Positions 20,774 to 30,090 of a stretch of 64,000 bases of DNA are shown here, one piece after another. The DNA is from Pedosphaera sp. (lineage in GTDB: Bacteria; Verrucomicrobiota; Verrucomicrobiia; Limisphaerales; SIBH01), in the NCBI GenBank assembly GCA_031414955.1, contig JANOQV010000102.1:23774-87773 (forward strand). Direction: 5' to 3'. Position 1 is the stretch's first letter, and each line of letters opens with the position of its first letter. The translations under genes and the position numbers were made by a program. The notes beneath the pieces were generated by a model, which was not told the origin of the DNA, ran no database searches, and saw nothing but the letters and a program-made list of their open reading frames with translations.

Positions 20774-21991
20774 TCACTTTGCGGCTCGACGGAAGAAGCC
20801 GTCCGGGTCGAAGCCGGTGTCCTTCAACGCTCGCGCCCGAAGCGCGGTCGCCACGAAGGCTTCATCCTCAGCAGCGGCAGCCAGAGCTTCGTGAACAAGC
20901 AGCACGCCGGGTGTGCCCAGTTCGTCAGCGCCAACGCGACCGCGCTGGACGTGCCACGGCAGCCACGCACCGGGTCGAGCGTCGGCTGGCGGCTCACTGT
21001 CGTTGCAGACGTAGGCGTCTTCGTTCAGCACGGAGCGCAACACAATCACCGAGGCACGCTGCCCTGCTTCGGGCAGGTCGCTGGTGTGGCGGACGAGTGA
21101 CTCAAGCCACGGGTCTGGATTCACCGGGTCGAAGGGCGTGCTTGTTTTCCAATTCCAATCGAGTGGGTTCATCAATGTATCGAGGTCGAGGCCGGTGACG
21201 GACACAGCAGGGTCAGCCAAGTCCGGCACACTGCTATCGAAATCGTAGCGACGCGGGCCGAGGGCGTGAATCAGGTCAGTGCCGAACGCGAGCGCGTGCT
21301 CCACGTCCGCGAGCTTCACGAACTCGTCGTGGCGGTGCCAGTTGTAGTAGCCCGCAGACACGTTCAGGCAGCACAGGCCAAACCTGCCCCCAATCGCCTT
21401 CACGTCCGAAAACGGATGGTGCTGCCAATTCAACGCCCCGTGACGGCACATGACCGGCAGCGCGGCGGTGATGAAGTCGCCATCGTTTGGAAATAGGCGC
21501 ACTCCGCCGGACGTGTAGCTGACGAGTCCGCGACCGGGACAATCGAACTCGATGACGTAGCCGACACGCTCGAAAAAATCCGGGTCTGCGTTGCGCGAGC
21601 CAACACAGCCCACTTCTTCTGCCGCGAAGAGCGCGACCGCGATGTTGTCGAAGCGTTCGAGCAGTTCGAGGCAGATGAACACCCCCGCCTTGTCGTCGCC
21701 GCCGATTCCGGTGCGCCGACCGGCTTCATCAAAGCCGACGAGCAACCCGCCGTGTTGAACGATGCAGGCCGGAGCGGAGCGATGAACGGTGTCGATGTGC
21801 GCCGCCACGCACGGGAGAAACTCGGAGTCTCCTTTGGTGATGTAGACGTTATTGTGTTCATCGACGCGGCAGCAAATACCAGAGCGCGGCCCCAACTGTT
21901 CAACGTGGCGAACAATGAACTCGACCATCGCCTTCTCCTGATAGGAGGGCGATGGCACAGCCAACAGATTCTTCAAAAGTTCAACGCGCAT
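20774..21991 (-). CDS. M20/M28-family metallopeptidase with unrelated C-terminal extension
   Basis: AHIDTVH, GGDDKAG, AEEVG, EFD, GYYNWH metal-ligand motifs; about 130 extra aa starting near MNPLDWNWK. Confidence 0.78.
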   Translation of the reverse strand: MRVELLKNLLAVPSPSYQEKAMVEFIVRHVEQLGPRSGICCRVDEHNNVYITKGDSEFLPCVAAHIDTVHRSAPACIVQHGGLLVGFDEAGRRTGIGGDDKAGVFICLELLERFDNIAVALFAAEEVGCVGSRNADPDFFERVGYVIEFDCPGRGLVSYTSGGVRLFPNDGDFITAALPVMCRHGALNWQHHPFSDVKAIGGRFGLCCLNVSAGYYNWHRHDEFVKLADVEHALAFGTDLIHALGPRRYDFDSSVPDLADPAVSVTGLDLDTLMNPLDWNWKTSTPFDPVNPDPWLESLVRHTSDLPEAGQRASVIVLRSVLNEDAYVCNDSEPPADARPGAWLPWHVQRGRVGADELGTPGVLLVHEALAAAAEDEAFVATALRARALKDTGFDPDGFFRRAAK

Positions 21992-22015
21992 AGGCCAAGA
22001 ATCATCACACGCCTG

Positions 22016-22402
22016 TCAACTCGGTCGCCGCTTGGCAATTCGGAACTTTGCCGTCACACGGCCCGTGTGCAGCCGCAGTAAATACCCGTCACGGCGCACC
22101 GTGAACCCGATGCTCCTGACGACACGCTGCACGGCCACGCGCACGTCGCGCACCGAAGCGTATTGCGGAATCCGCCCAAGCCTCATCATCAGATGCACCG
22201 GCCTGTCGATTCGGTCGCATTTGATTCTCACGTCCGCGAAGCCTGCGGCATCTAGGGAGTGTTTGAGCGCACCGTGAGGAACCAGCGCGTCCACGGCGCT
22301 GGTGTCGTCGTCCGGGTCTGCCGGGTCGGCTGTCCAGTCGATTTCCTCGTTCGTGTCCATGTGTCGGTGCCGTGGGCGCTGAATCGCGCCCTCACGGGTC
22401 AT
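22016..22402 (-). CDS. Hypothetical protein (start possibly 22360)
   Basis: Fills the gap in a run of minus-strand genes. Confidence 0.5.
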   Translation of the reverse strand: MTREGAIQRPRHRHMDTNEEIDWTADPADPDDDTSAVDALVPHGALKHSLDAAGFADVRIKCDRIDRPVHLMMRLGRIPQYASVRDVRVAVQRVVRSIGFTVRRDGYLLRLHTGRVTAKFRIAKRRPS

Positions 22403-23399
22403 CCATCTTCGGAAAGCGGTAGAGGTATTCCTCCGGCACCCCCGCCCTCAGTTCCTTGAGCAGAGCATTGAGCCTGCGGTGATACTGAATGACTTTGGTG
22501 CGTTCGGGTTCGGCGGTTGGGATTTCGGAATCCTCCCACACTTTGAGAACAGCCGTGGCCATCTGGGATTGAAACCAGTAGACGCGATTTGGTTCGTAGC
22601 CTTGCCGATTAAGCCAGACCCGGCATGTGGCGAGATAGTTCGTGATGTCGGTGAATCGTGCGTCAGTCAACGTGCCCGGCTCGGCAGTGAGCACCTTGTA
22701 GATGTAGGAACCGCTGGACAGGGTGAACTGGCCGAGCAGCCAGCGCGTGGCGAAGCTCGTTCCGTGATTCCGAAGAACAACCACCATCTCGTTGGTCGAT
22801 GATTTGGCGTCGAAGCCAGATTCCGAAATCAACTGCACCGCGCAGTCGGCTGCCGTCATTTCGTTTGTCTCTTCGATTGAAGTCGAAGCGCCTTGCTTGA
22901 GCAGCAGGGCCACGATGTTGGTGTTCCCGCGACGGACAGCCCAGTGAAGCGCGGTGCTGCCGCTGGTGTTGGTCAGGTTCACGTCCGCCTTCTTCGCGAG
23001 TAATGCTGCGAGGACGGCGACCTGCTGCCGCTCCGCTGCGGCAATCAGAGGCGTCGAACCGTCCGTCGCCGCCGCGTTCACGTTCGCGCCACGGTCGAGA
23101 AGCATGGTCACCACCCGCAGATGACCGCCGAGCGCGGCAGCGGCCAACGGTGTAACGCCAGTGGCCTCGCGTGAATCCGCCGCCATGCCCGCGTCGAGAA
23201 ACAACTTCGCAGCCGTCAGGTCGCCGTTGCCCGCGCTCCGCACGAAGTCCTGCGGCGTGTATTGCAGATTGAGCGCGGCAAGTTCCTTGCGCGGTTCCTT
23301 CACCGCTTTGTCTGGTGAGCGCCCGCAGCCGGTCAGCGCGAGCGCAACCGCGACCGTGAACAGCAGGCAGCGCATGATGTTTGTGGGTCGTGTCATCAT
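22392..23399 (-). CDS. Ankyrin-repeat lipoprotein
   Basis: Lipobox LTGC; repeats GVTPLAAAA, GSTPLIAAA, GSTALHWAV. Confidence 0.85.
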   Translation of the reverse strand: MMTRPTNIMRCLLFTVAVALALTGCGRSPDKAVKEPRKELAALNLQYTPQDFVRSAGNGDLTAAKLFLDAGMAADSREATGVTPLAAAALGGHLRVVTMLLDRGANVNAAATDGSTPLIAAAERQQVAVLAALLAKKADVNLTNTSGSTALHWAVRRGNTNIVALLLKQGASTSIEETNEMTAADCAVQLISESGFDAKSSTNEMVVVLRNHGTSFATRWLLGQFTLSSGSYIYKVLTAEPGTLTDARFTDITNYLATCRVWLNRQGYEPNRVYWFQSQMATAVLKVWEDSEIPTAEPERTKVIQYHRRLNALLKELRAGVPEEYLYRFPKMDDP

Positions 23400-25315
23400 G
23401 GCGAGGTCACCTTGTAGAACTTCTTCGGAGTTCCAATGGTCGCCGAGTCAGGGATGTCATTCGTGCCGCCGGTGTAGGGCACGCTTGGCCACGACACCCA
23501 GTTGGTCAGATTGGTGGATGACGAAAGCGTGATGTCGTGCCCCGTCTGGCCTTTGACGCGCACGCGCATCGAACCGTCGTTCTCACGAACGATACCGACG
23601 AACTCCGGTCGCTTGCACAGGCCGTCGCTGCCCGCTGCGTATACGGCCCTGACTTCCTTGGCAGTCAGGACGCGATTGAACACTTGAAGTTCGTCTACCG
23701 CGCCGAGCAGGTAGTCGGTGTTGACTGCCGAATCGCCCTTGCGACCTACCGCGAGCGCACCGCTCGACTGCGTGACCAGCGGGCCGCTGGTTGAGTTCTC
23801 CGCTGCGCCATTGCGGTAGAGCGTCCACGTTCCTTGGTCGTAGGTGAACGCGACGTGTTGCCAGACTCCTGACTGCGCCGCGTTGGTCGAGTGAACTGCT
23901 TCCCCGTTCTGATTGCCTGCCATGAAACGGCCATCCGCTCCGAGATACAGACCCCAGTTCCAAGCATCGGATGTCGGGGCTTTCACTGCGATGGCTTGGA
24001 AGCGCCCGTCCGGCTGGGGCAGCACCCACACCGCGACGGTGAACTTGCTGCCGCTGCTAAAATCCAAGCTGGCGTGGTGCGGAATCCGAACGTAGTTGCC
24101 CAGCGTGTTCAGGATGAAGCCGGAGCCGACCTTGCCCGCGCCGAACGCGAGTCCACCCTGCGCGGTGCCGTGGTTCACGCCTTGGATGTCAATCGCATTT
24201 CCGTCAGCCGACCACCATCCGACCATGCCGACCGGCGAAGGCACGCAGTCTGACCTCAAAGCTGCGGACGAAGCGGGGACGGCACGCCAGATGGCGAAGT
24301 AGGGCGAGGGCTTTCCACCTGCCGCCAGAAAATTTCCACCGACGTAAACGCGGTCGCCGCTCTTGGCGATGGCCCGCACGGCTGGGGCGAGATTCGTTCC
24401 ACCCACTCCGCTGCCGAGCGCCGACCAGCCGTTGGTGCCGCGCACGGCGATGTTCGCCGTAGGCACGCCGTCCATGCTGGTGAATGACCCGCCCGCGTAA
24501 GTGTTCACGCCGTCCGGCCACACGCTCCAAATTGAACCGACCGGCGTCCCCAGCAGTGTGGACGTGCCGAGCGCGGAATTGCGTCGCCGGAGCCAAGGAG
24601 AAAATTCGTAGACGAAAGCACCATCTCCCTTGATGGCTCCCGGCACTTGTCCGCCGGACAGGACTTCCGGCCAGACCCCACCTTGAAAAAGCCAGAGGTA
24701 GTTCTCTACCTGCCGGTTGACGCGGGCATAGAGGGCGTCGGGGCCGAACGCGAGTGACAGGACTTGAAATCCGGGCGTCGGCGCGGACGTGTCATAATCA
24801 GAGCCGCTCCATCGAACGAGGTAGGACGCTTGAAGCGAAAACCCCAAACCCGCACGGGTGAAGTCACCCCCCGCGTAGACACCATTGTCGGGGCCGACTT
24901 CGAGACAACGCACCCAGCCATTCACTCCGCCCTGCATGAAGTTCCATGAGCCGCTCTCCCAGTAGGCGATGTTGTTGGCTGGTGCTCCACCTGCCGACGT
25001 GAACGCGCCGCCCACGTAGACGCGCCCGTTGTGGATGGTCATGGCCGTGACCAGACCGCCGCCAATGCCGGAACCGAGGGCCGACCAGTTCGTGCCGTCC
25101 CATCTGGCAATGTTGTTGACCGACACCTGCCCGGCCTGAGTGAACTGTCCGCCAACGAAGACTTCGTTGCCGCTGACGGCGATGGCCCAAACCGGGCCGT
25201 TCAATCCATTCGTGGCAAACCGTCCGTCCCAGTTGTCGTCGTCTCCGGCACGCACAGAGGACGTGGCGATGACGAGCAGGAGGGTGAGAGCAAATTGTCT
25301 TGTCGTGATTTTCAT
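23396..25315 (-). CDS. Secreted beta-propeller-repeat plus LamG-like domain protein
   Basis: Signal peptide; repeated V(F/Y)VGGxFTxAG..NNIA.W..WSALGSG units; WQHVAFTY and GAVDELQVFNRVLT (LamG); C-terminal SSTNLTNW...KFYKV domain. Confidence 0.85.
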   Translation of the reverse strand: MKITTRQFALTLLLVIATSSVRAGDDDNWDGRFATNGLNGPVWAIAVSGNEVFVGGQFTQAGQVSVNNIARWDGTNWSALGSGIGGGLVTAMTIHNGRVYVGGAFTSAGGAPANNIAYWESGSWNFMQGGVNGWVRCLEVGPDNGVYAGGDFTRAGLGFSLQASYLVRWSGSDYDTSAPTPGFQVLSLAFGPDALYARVNRQVENYLWLFQGGVWPEVLSGGQVPGAIKGDGAFVYEFSPWLRRRNSALGTSTLLGTPVGSIWSVWPDGVNTYAGGSFTSMDGVPTANIAVRGTNGWSALGSGVGGTNLAPAVRAIAKSGDRVYVGGNFLAAGGKPSPYFAIWRAVPASSAALRSDCVPSPVGMVGWWSADGNAIDIQGVNHGTAQGGLAFGAGKVGSGFILNTLGNYVRIPHHASLDFSSGSKFTVAVWVLPQPDGRFQAIAVKAPTSDAWNWGLYLGADGRFMAGNQNGEAVHSTNAAQSGVWQHVAFTYDQGTWTLYRNGAAENSTSGPLVTQSSGALAVGRKGDSAVNTDYLLGAVDELQVFNRVLTAKEVRAVYAAGSDGLCKRPEFVGIVRENDGSMRVRVKGQTGHDITLSSSTNLTNWVSWPSVPYTGGTNDIPDSATIGTPKKFYKVTSP

Positions 25316-25351
25316 GGTCGTGGCTCTTGGCGAAGCAAGATGACCACGGCC

Positions 25352-25494
25352 AAAAAAGGAAGGGGCGCGAACTCAACGCGCCCCCACGAGAGGCACCGAG
25401 AAGCGCCTAGTGCAGAGAGCACGCCAAGCCGCGCCCGATGGGCGCGTGCTGGCGGCTGGGCCTCTGCACTGTGAAAATTCTCGGTTTTCTCGTG
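25352..25494 (-). promoter_or_regulatory. Structured leader: long nested hairpin followed by a terminator-like stem and U-tract
   Basis: Pairings 25385-91/25488-94, 25395-402/25478-85 and 25409-17/25462-70. On the minus strand this is followed by GGGGCGCG-TTGAGTT-CGCGCCCC-TTCCTTTTTT. Confidence 0.55.
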
Positions 25495-25669
25495 AGGCCG
25501 TAGCCGTAGCTACGCAAATTTATCTGTGTTTGTTTACATGATGTGAGTCCGCCCCGACATCGGGGCACTGGAAAGTTGTATACGCACTTGGCTCTGGAAA
25601 CAAGGATGCCGTCGCCTCGGTGAAATCGTGCGCTTGTCTACGCCCTCGCCTCTTGTTCAACTCGTGTCC

Positions 25670-26788
25670 GTGAAAGTCCAAAAATCGACGGTCATCAACT
25701 TCCGCATTACCGGAAGCGAAGAGCAGCAGCTTGCGACCTACATTGACGACACGCTGAACTCGCCAGACAAGGTTGCCCGAAAGCTGATGCTCGATGCGCT
25801 GCGCGTCAAAGAGCAGGAGCGAGAAGCCGCCGCCTTCGACACGGACACTGCCCCCCGAACCACGCTTTTGGAAGGTGACGCTCTGCGGATTGTTTCTCGG
25901 CTTCCCTCGCGGGCTTTTCAAACGTGCGTTACTTCGCCGCCCTACTGGCATCAGCGCGACTATGGCAACCACCCGGAACAGCTAGGTCGGGAGAAAACAC
26001 CGGAGCAGTTCGTCAACCGGCTGGCCGACATCTTCTCCGAGGTTCACCGAGTTCTGACCCCGGATGGAACTCTCTGGGTGAACATCGACGACACTTACTG
26101 GCACAAGCAGCTTGCGGGCATCCCGTGGATGCTGGCGCTTGAGATGAAACGCCGGGGCTGGCTCTGGCGCTCAGAAATCGTCTGGGCCAAGGCGAGCACC
26201 CCGGAGGCAGTTCGCGACCGGCCCACGCGGGCGCATGAACCAGTGCTGATGTTCGCAAAGCGCCGAAAGTATTTCTACGACTACGAGGCCATGCTCGAAC
26301 CGCACGACAATCCGTGGGCGTTGGATTGTATACAGAAAGCACAACAGCAGGGTGTGGCCGGCAGGCCGCGCAACAATCCGTTCGACAAAGATGGTCGCTA
26401 CGAGAACGGCAAGCGCGGCATCACGCGAGCCGAGTATGGCGCGATGATGAATCCAAACGGGAAGAACCGGCGCGACGTGTGGGCCATCAACACGGATAAG
26501 TTTCGCGGCCCGCACTCCGCCGTGATGCCCGTCGCGTTGGCTGAACTTTGCATCAAGGCGGGAAGCAGACCGGGTGACACGGTGCTCGACCCGTTTGCCG
26601 GTGTGAGCACTACCGGTGTTGCAGCACTGAATCTCGGTCGCAAGTTCGTCGGCGTGGAACTCCTGCCCAAGTTCATCGAACTCGGCAGGCAGCGGCTTGC
26701 GGAAGTCAAAGTCACGGCCAATGGCCACGCACGGGCCGGTCGCGGCCTCGTTCGCGTAGACAAAACGAAAGCCGTCCCCCGCCGGTAA
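25670..26788 (+). CDS. Orphan beta-class N4C/N6A DNA methyltransferase with N-terminal RHH-like domain
   Basis: TSPPY (motif IV) precedes VLDPFAG (motif I); N-terminal VINFRITGSEEQQL strand-helix pattern. Confidence 0.85.
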   Translation: MKVQKSTVINFRITGSEEQQLATYIDDTLNSPDKVARKLMLDALRVKEQEREAAAFDTDTAPRTTLLEGDALRIVSRLPSRAFQTCVTSPPYWHQRDYGNHPEQLGREKTPEQFVNRLADIFSEVHRVLTPDGTLWVNIDDTYWHKQLAGIPWMLALEMKRRGWLWRSEIVWAKASTPEAVRDRPTRAHEPVLMFAKRRKYFYDYEAMLEPHDNPWALDCIQKAQQQGVAGRPRNNPFDKDGRYENGKRGITRAEYGAMMNPNGKNRRDVWAINTDKFRGPHSAVMPVALAELCIKAGSRPGDTVLDPFAGVSTTGVAALNLGRKFVGVELLPKFIELGRQRLAEVKVTANGHARAGRGLVRVDKTKAVPRR

Positions 26789-26815
26789 TGTGAACTCAAT
26801 GACGGCTGCGTCACG

Positions 26816-27319
26816 TCAGGCCGGAGGGGCAGCGTCGTAGGGCAGGCCGAAATACTGGAACACCGCCCGCGTCCGCTCTTCAACCAGTTGCTCGAACACC
26901 CCGCCGCGCTCGCACATCACGTTCATGTGGCCAAAGTCGCGGGCGAGGTAGTGCAGAAGCTCGGTCGGCTCGAACTCGACTTGCACCTGCGGTCGGTCGT
27001 CCACCTTGAGCGCGGTGATGCTGTTCATGCAACAGCACACCATCGTTCGCAGCGTGTCCGTTTCGAGGGTGCAGAAATACAACCAGTGCGGCCACGCCTT
27101 GTGGAACTCAGCGTAGAAGCGACGAACCTCCGGGATGCAGTGAAGCTCACGCGGGTCATCGTCGTAGCCGTCCACACAGAGCACCATGCTGCCCATCATG
27201 CCACGGAGACGGCGACCCGTGGGCAGCTTCTCCGGCGCGTGCAAGCTCAGGAAATGGGAAAAGTCGCCACGCTCCACTTTCGACCGGCTGAATGTGTAGA
27301 CGATGAAGTCGGTGACCAT
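26816..27319 (-). CDS. DUF1817/CRR6-like protein
   Basis: GYDDDPRELHCIPEVRRFY...WPHWLYF resembles the CRR6/DUF1817 signature. Confidence 0.65.
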   Translation of the reverse strand: MVTDFIVYTFSRSKVERGDFSHFLSLHAPEKLPTGRRLRGMMGSMVLCVDGYDDDPRELHCIPEVRRFYAEFHKAWPHWLYFCTLETDTLRTMVCCCMNSITALKVDDRPQVQVEFEPTELLHYLARDFGHMNVMCERGGVFEQLVEERTRAVFQYFGLPYDAAPPA

Positions 27320-27372
27320 GACGCTCGAAATCTTAAACCGCGTGTCAACCGACAGAAACGTCCGGCCCTGCC
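27123..27372. repeat. 250-bp direct repeat, copy 1 (upstream region plus 5' half of the CRR6-like gene)
   Basis: Colinear with 28130-28379; about 19 mismatches by manual count, mostly at third codon positions. Confidence 0.92.
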
Positions 27373-27500
27373 GGGTTGCCGCGTCTTCACCACCGCGTCC
27401 TCGCTGAGTTGATTGCCCAAGCAGTGGTTGCAGACCGTTGTCAGTCCGCTGGCGGTGAGGCGGAACAACTCCGGGAGGCCGTCTTTGCGCTCGGCCCAAG
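27373..27500 (-). pseudogene. Fragment paralogous to the C-terminal part of ORF 30091..30702
   Basis: WAERKDGLPELFRLTASGLTTVCNHCLGNQLSEDAVVKTRQ versus WAEAKDGLKPLYSLSQDSLLKVCRVMLNNELLEWDAVAKWRQ. Confidence 0.65.
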
Positions 27501-27534
27501 CCCCCGGAGTTCTCATCTCCGGGGGTTTTGTTTT
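27501..27534 (+). terminator. Intrinsic terminator-like hairpin
   Basis: CCCCCGGAG-TTCTCAT-CTCCGGGGG followed by TTTTGTTTT. Confidence 0.5.
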
Positions 27535-27869
27535 GGGGGCAAAATGCCAAGGGCCAGCGCGAGTTTGGGCAAACCTTCGGCATAGCCAATCTCGATGGTG
27601 CAGGCGGGTTCACCTTCCTCGCCCCCCTCATCTTCCTCGTCAGGCTCAAATTCGAGCACAGTCACGGTGACCGGGAATTCCATTCCGCCGTGCTTAATCG
27701 TGGCCGGGCCATTCGCAAGTTTGGTGTCGGACTCGGCCAAAAGCGATTCGTCGGAAACATGCCATGTGTTGTCTTCCTCAAAGCCCTCGGCGGGCCGGTA
27801 AGAGACTTCGGAAAGTTTGGCGGTCACGACGCCTTGGCGTAGGTCAAGTTTCGGCATGGCCGAAATCAT
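27513..27869 (-). CDS. Acidic hypothetical protein
   Basis: MISAMPKLDLRQG...EPDEEDEGGEEGEP..., within a lower-GC insert. Confidence 0.55.
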   Translation of the reverse strand: MISAMPKLDLRQGVVTAKLSEVSYRPAEGFEEDNTWHVSDESLLAESDTKLANGPATIKHGGMEFPVTVTVLEFEPDEEDEGGEEGEPACTIEIGYAEGLPKLALALGILPPKQNPRR

Positions 27870-28326
27870 AAATCTGAGGGTTGTCGAAGGATAGAGATTC
27901 TGTCGCTGACCATTGCTCCCAGCCGAACAAAAACTCGATGTCGTATTCTTCAAGCGACCTCCGCACGACCTTCTTGAATCTGGCATCACGAAAAAGCAAC
28001 GGGGCGCGACCATCCTCCCAAACGAAGTTGTTCCGCCATTTCTCCTGCTCCTGCTTAGACTTCGGCAAGCCCGCCAACCGAACGGCATCGACAATTCCCA
28101 TGTGACGGGTCAGTCGGCTTTTCGCGAGGCGAACCTCTGGGATGCAGTGAAGCTCACGCGGGTCATCGTCGTAGCCGTCCACGCAGAGCACCATGCTGCC
28201 CATCATGGCGCGAAGTCGACGGCCCGTGGGCAGCTTGTCGGGCGCGTGCAAACCGAGGAAGTGAGAAAAGTCCCCGCGCTCCACTTTCGACCGGCTGAAT
28301 GTGTAGACGATGAGGTCGGTGACCAT
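27844..28326 (-). CDS. Chimeric ORF: CRR6-like N-terminal half plus unrelated C-terminus
   Basis: First ~66 aa nearly identical to 26816..27319, diverging abruptly after IPEVR. Confidence 0.6.
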   Translation of the reverse strand: MVTDLIVYTFSRSKVERGDFSHFLGLHAPDKLPTGRRLRAMMGSMVLCVDGYDDDPRELHCIPEVRLAKSRLTRHMGIVDAVRLAGLPKSKQEQEKWRNNFVWEDGRAPLLFRDARFKKVVRRSLEEYDIEFLFGWEQWSATESLSFDNPQIYDFGHAET

Positions 28327-28379
28327 GACGCTCGAAATCTTAAACCGCGTGTCAACTGACAGAAACGTCCGGCCCTGCC
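28130..28379. repeat. 250-bp direct repeat, copy 2
   Basis: See copy 1. Confidence 0.92.
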
Positions 28380-28413
28380 CTGTTCACGGCTTCTCGGCTA
28401 CGGAAGTCGTTTC

Positions 28414-28779
28414 TCAATGGCCGCCGGTCACCGTGTAGCCAGCCCGGCGCAGGTCTTCCGCTACATCCATTTCCATCTGCACCGCCGCGTCGAAGGGCAT
28501 CGGGTTCAAGTGGGCGTAGAGTTCCGGCAACAGACGCAGGCCGTAACGCTTCACGACCCACGCGGACTTGATGCCCGCCTTGTGATTGGCAAACCGTTCG
28601 TCCGGCGACAACCCGGTCATGCCGACGTAGACGCACGACTTTTTCGGGTCACGCTTGGGATTCGCGGCGCGCACTTTCCTGTGCTTGCCCGCAGCAGGGT
28701 CGAGCAGCACGACGTAGACATTGTGATGGTGCTCCGGCTGAGGTTTTGGACGAAGCGCCTTTAGCGTGCGGCGCTTCAT
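28414..28779 (-). CDS. GIY-YIG-like small nuclease
   Basis: VYVVLL...VYVGMTG...RFANH...E pattern. Confidence 0.72.
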   Translation of the reverse strand: MKRRTLKALRPKPQPEHHHNVYVVLLDPAAGKHRKVRAANPKRDPKKSCVYVGMTGLSPDERFANHKAGIKSAWVVKRYGLRLLPELYAHLNPMPFDAAVQMEMDVAEDLRRAGYTVTGGH

Positions 28780-29036
28780 CGACTGGAAAGGACGCCTTGC
28801 TTGCGGACAGAGCGGCGCGTTCGCTTCTGTCGCCCGAACGTGAACAGTTCAACAACTTCGACTCTCATCACCTTGGCAAACTTTTCCAGCCCGGCCACGG
28901 AAGGCGCGTTGACGCCGCGCTCGACCAGACTGATGAACTCCACCGAGCAGCCGACCGCCTTCGCAAGCTGCACCTGTGTCAGTTTCCGTTCCCGGCGAAG
29001 TTCTGCGATGCGTGTGCCGAGTTTCTCTTGAAGCAT
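28776..29036 (-). CDS. XRE-family HTH regulator
   Basis: IAELRRERKLTQVQLAKAVG...ISLVERGVNAPS; ATGA overlap with the GIY-YIG gene. Confidence 0.88.
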   Translation of the reverse strand: MLQEKLGTRIAELRRERKLTQVQLAKAVGCSVEFISLVERGVNAPSVAGLEKFAKVMRVEVVELFTFGRQKRTRRSVRKQGVLSSR

Positions 29037-29230
29037 GAGATTGCCATAGCACACAGGGGAGTCCGATTGCAAAGTAGCCAAACTACGGGCTGCCGTGAGC
29101 GTGGTTGCCTACGGCTCTGCGGCTGCTGTCGAACTTCCGTGGGCGAATCCATGACGATGCTGGCATGACCGACCAGAGAAGTCGGTTTGCCAGCATCGTC
29201 GCATCACAGCCGACTGGCTGAGATTTCTTG

Positions 29231-29794
29231 CTAATTCAGGTCTGCTCGGTTGCCCACAGTTTTTATGCCTCTCACGTTCAGATTGGCCGTGTGTTCTTCG
29301 ACAGCTTCCTGCAAGAAGCGGACGACTTCGGTATCGCCAGTGAATTGTGGCAGTGGCGAAGCGGTAAGCATCCAGCCGGATTCTGTTTTTCTCCCGCGCA
29401 CGACGCCGAGCACTTCGCCCTGTTTGAGAAGGCGTGGGAGCGAAGATTCAAACAAATTGAAAACCAGATGCGGATAGGCGGTGAGCGGATGTCTTGTGGG
29501 CTGAATCCGCAGCACCAGCCCAGCCGTGGGGCAAGACTTGGATTCCTTTCGCAGAAGGGCAACCATGCTTCTCACGTATTTCTCCCGTCCCGAAAGAATT
29601 CTTTGCACGTCCGCTTTCCGATAGTTGAAGCCACTGCCCTTCTTGCGAAAGCGAATCTTTTTCTTGAGCCGCAGTAACGGCAGTTCGGTCGAAGGCACGC
29701 GAAGCGCCTCTACAACTTCCTTGCCGGTCAACCAGTCGTTGGACTGGTCAGAGATGGACTTGGTAACGATGGCGTTGAGTGAGCGGTTTTTCAT
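29231..29794 (-). CDS. Excisionase-like HTH fused to an unknown domain
   Basis: NDWLTGKEVVEALRV...IRFRKKGSGFNYRKADV; lower GC. Confidence 0.6.
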   Translation of the reverse strand: MKNRSLNAIVTKSISDQSNDWLTGKEVVEALRVPSTELPLLRLKKKIRFRKKGSGFNYRKADVQRILSGREKYVRSMVALLRKESKSCPTAGLVLRIQPTRHPLTAYPHLVFNLFESSLPRLLKQGEVLGVVRGRKTESGWMLTASPLPQFTGDTEVVRFLQEAVEEHTANLNVRGIKTVGNRADLN

Positions 29795-30090
29795 AATCAG
29801 TTTTTGTGTCTACTGGTTTTTGCTTCAAGGTGTCGGCACCGGGGGGAGCAATTCACCCCCGGTGCCGTGTCCCCAACTTTGAAGTGCTCACGGTTAGGCC
29901 ATGCCGTCGCGACTTGATGCTGACCTGAACACGCTCGGTGTCCTTTTCATCTACCGGCTTTTGCTCCGCCGTCTCGCTCTGCACTCGACCACTGTCGTTG
30001 GTGACGTGGTGAGTAAACCACATGGGCGGTGAGTTGCCGTGGACAGGATTCGTATACGGATTCTTGTCCACTTGTGGGAAGCGATGGATT

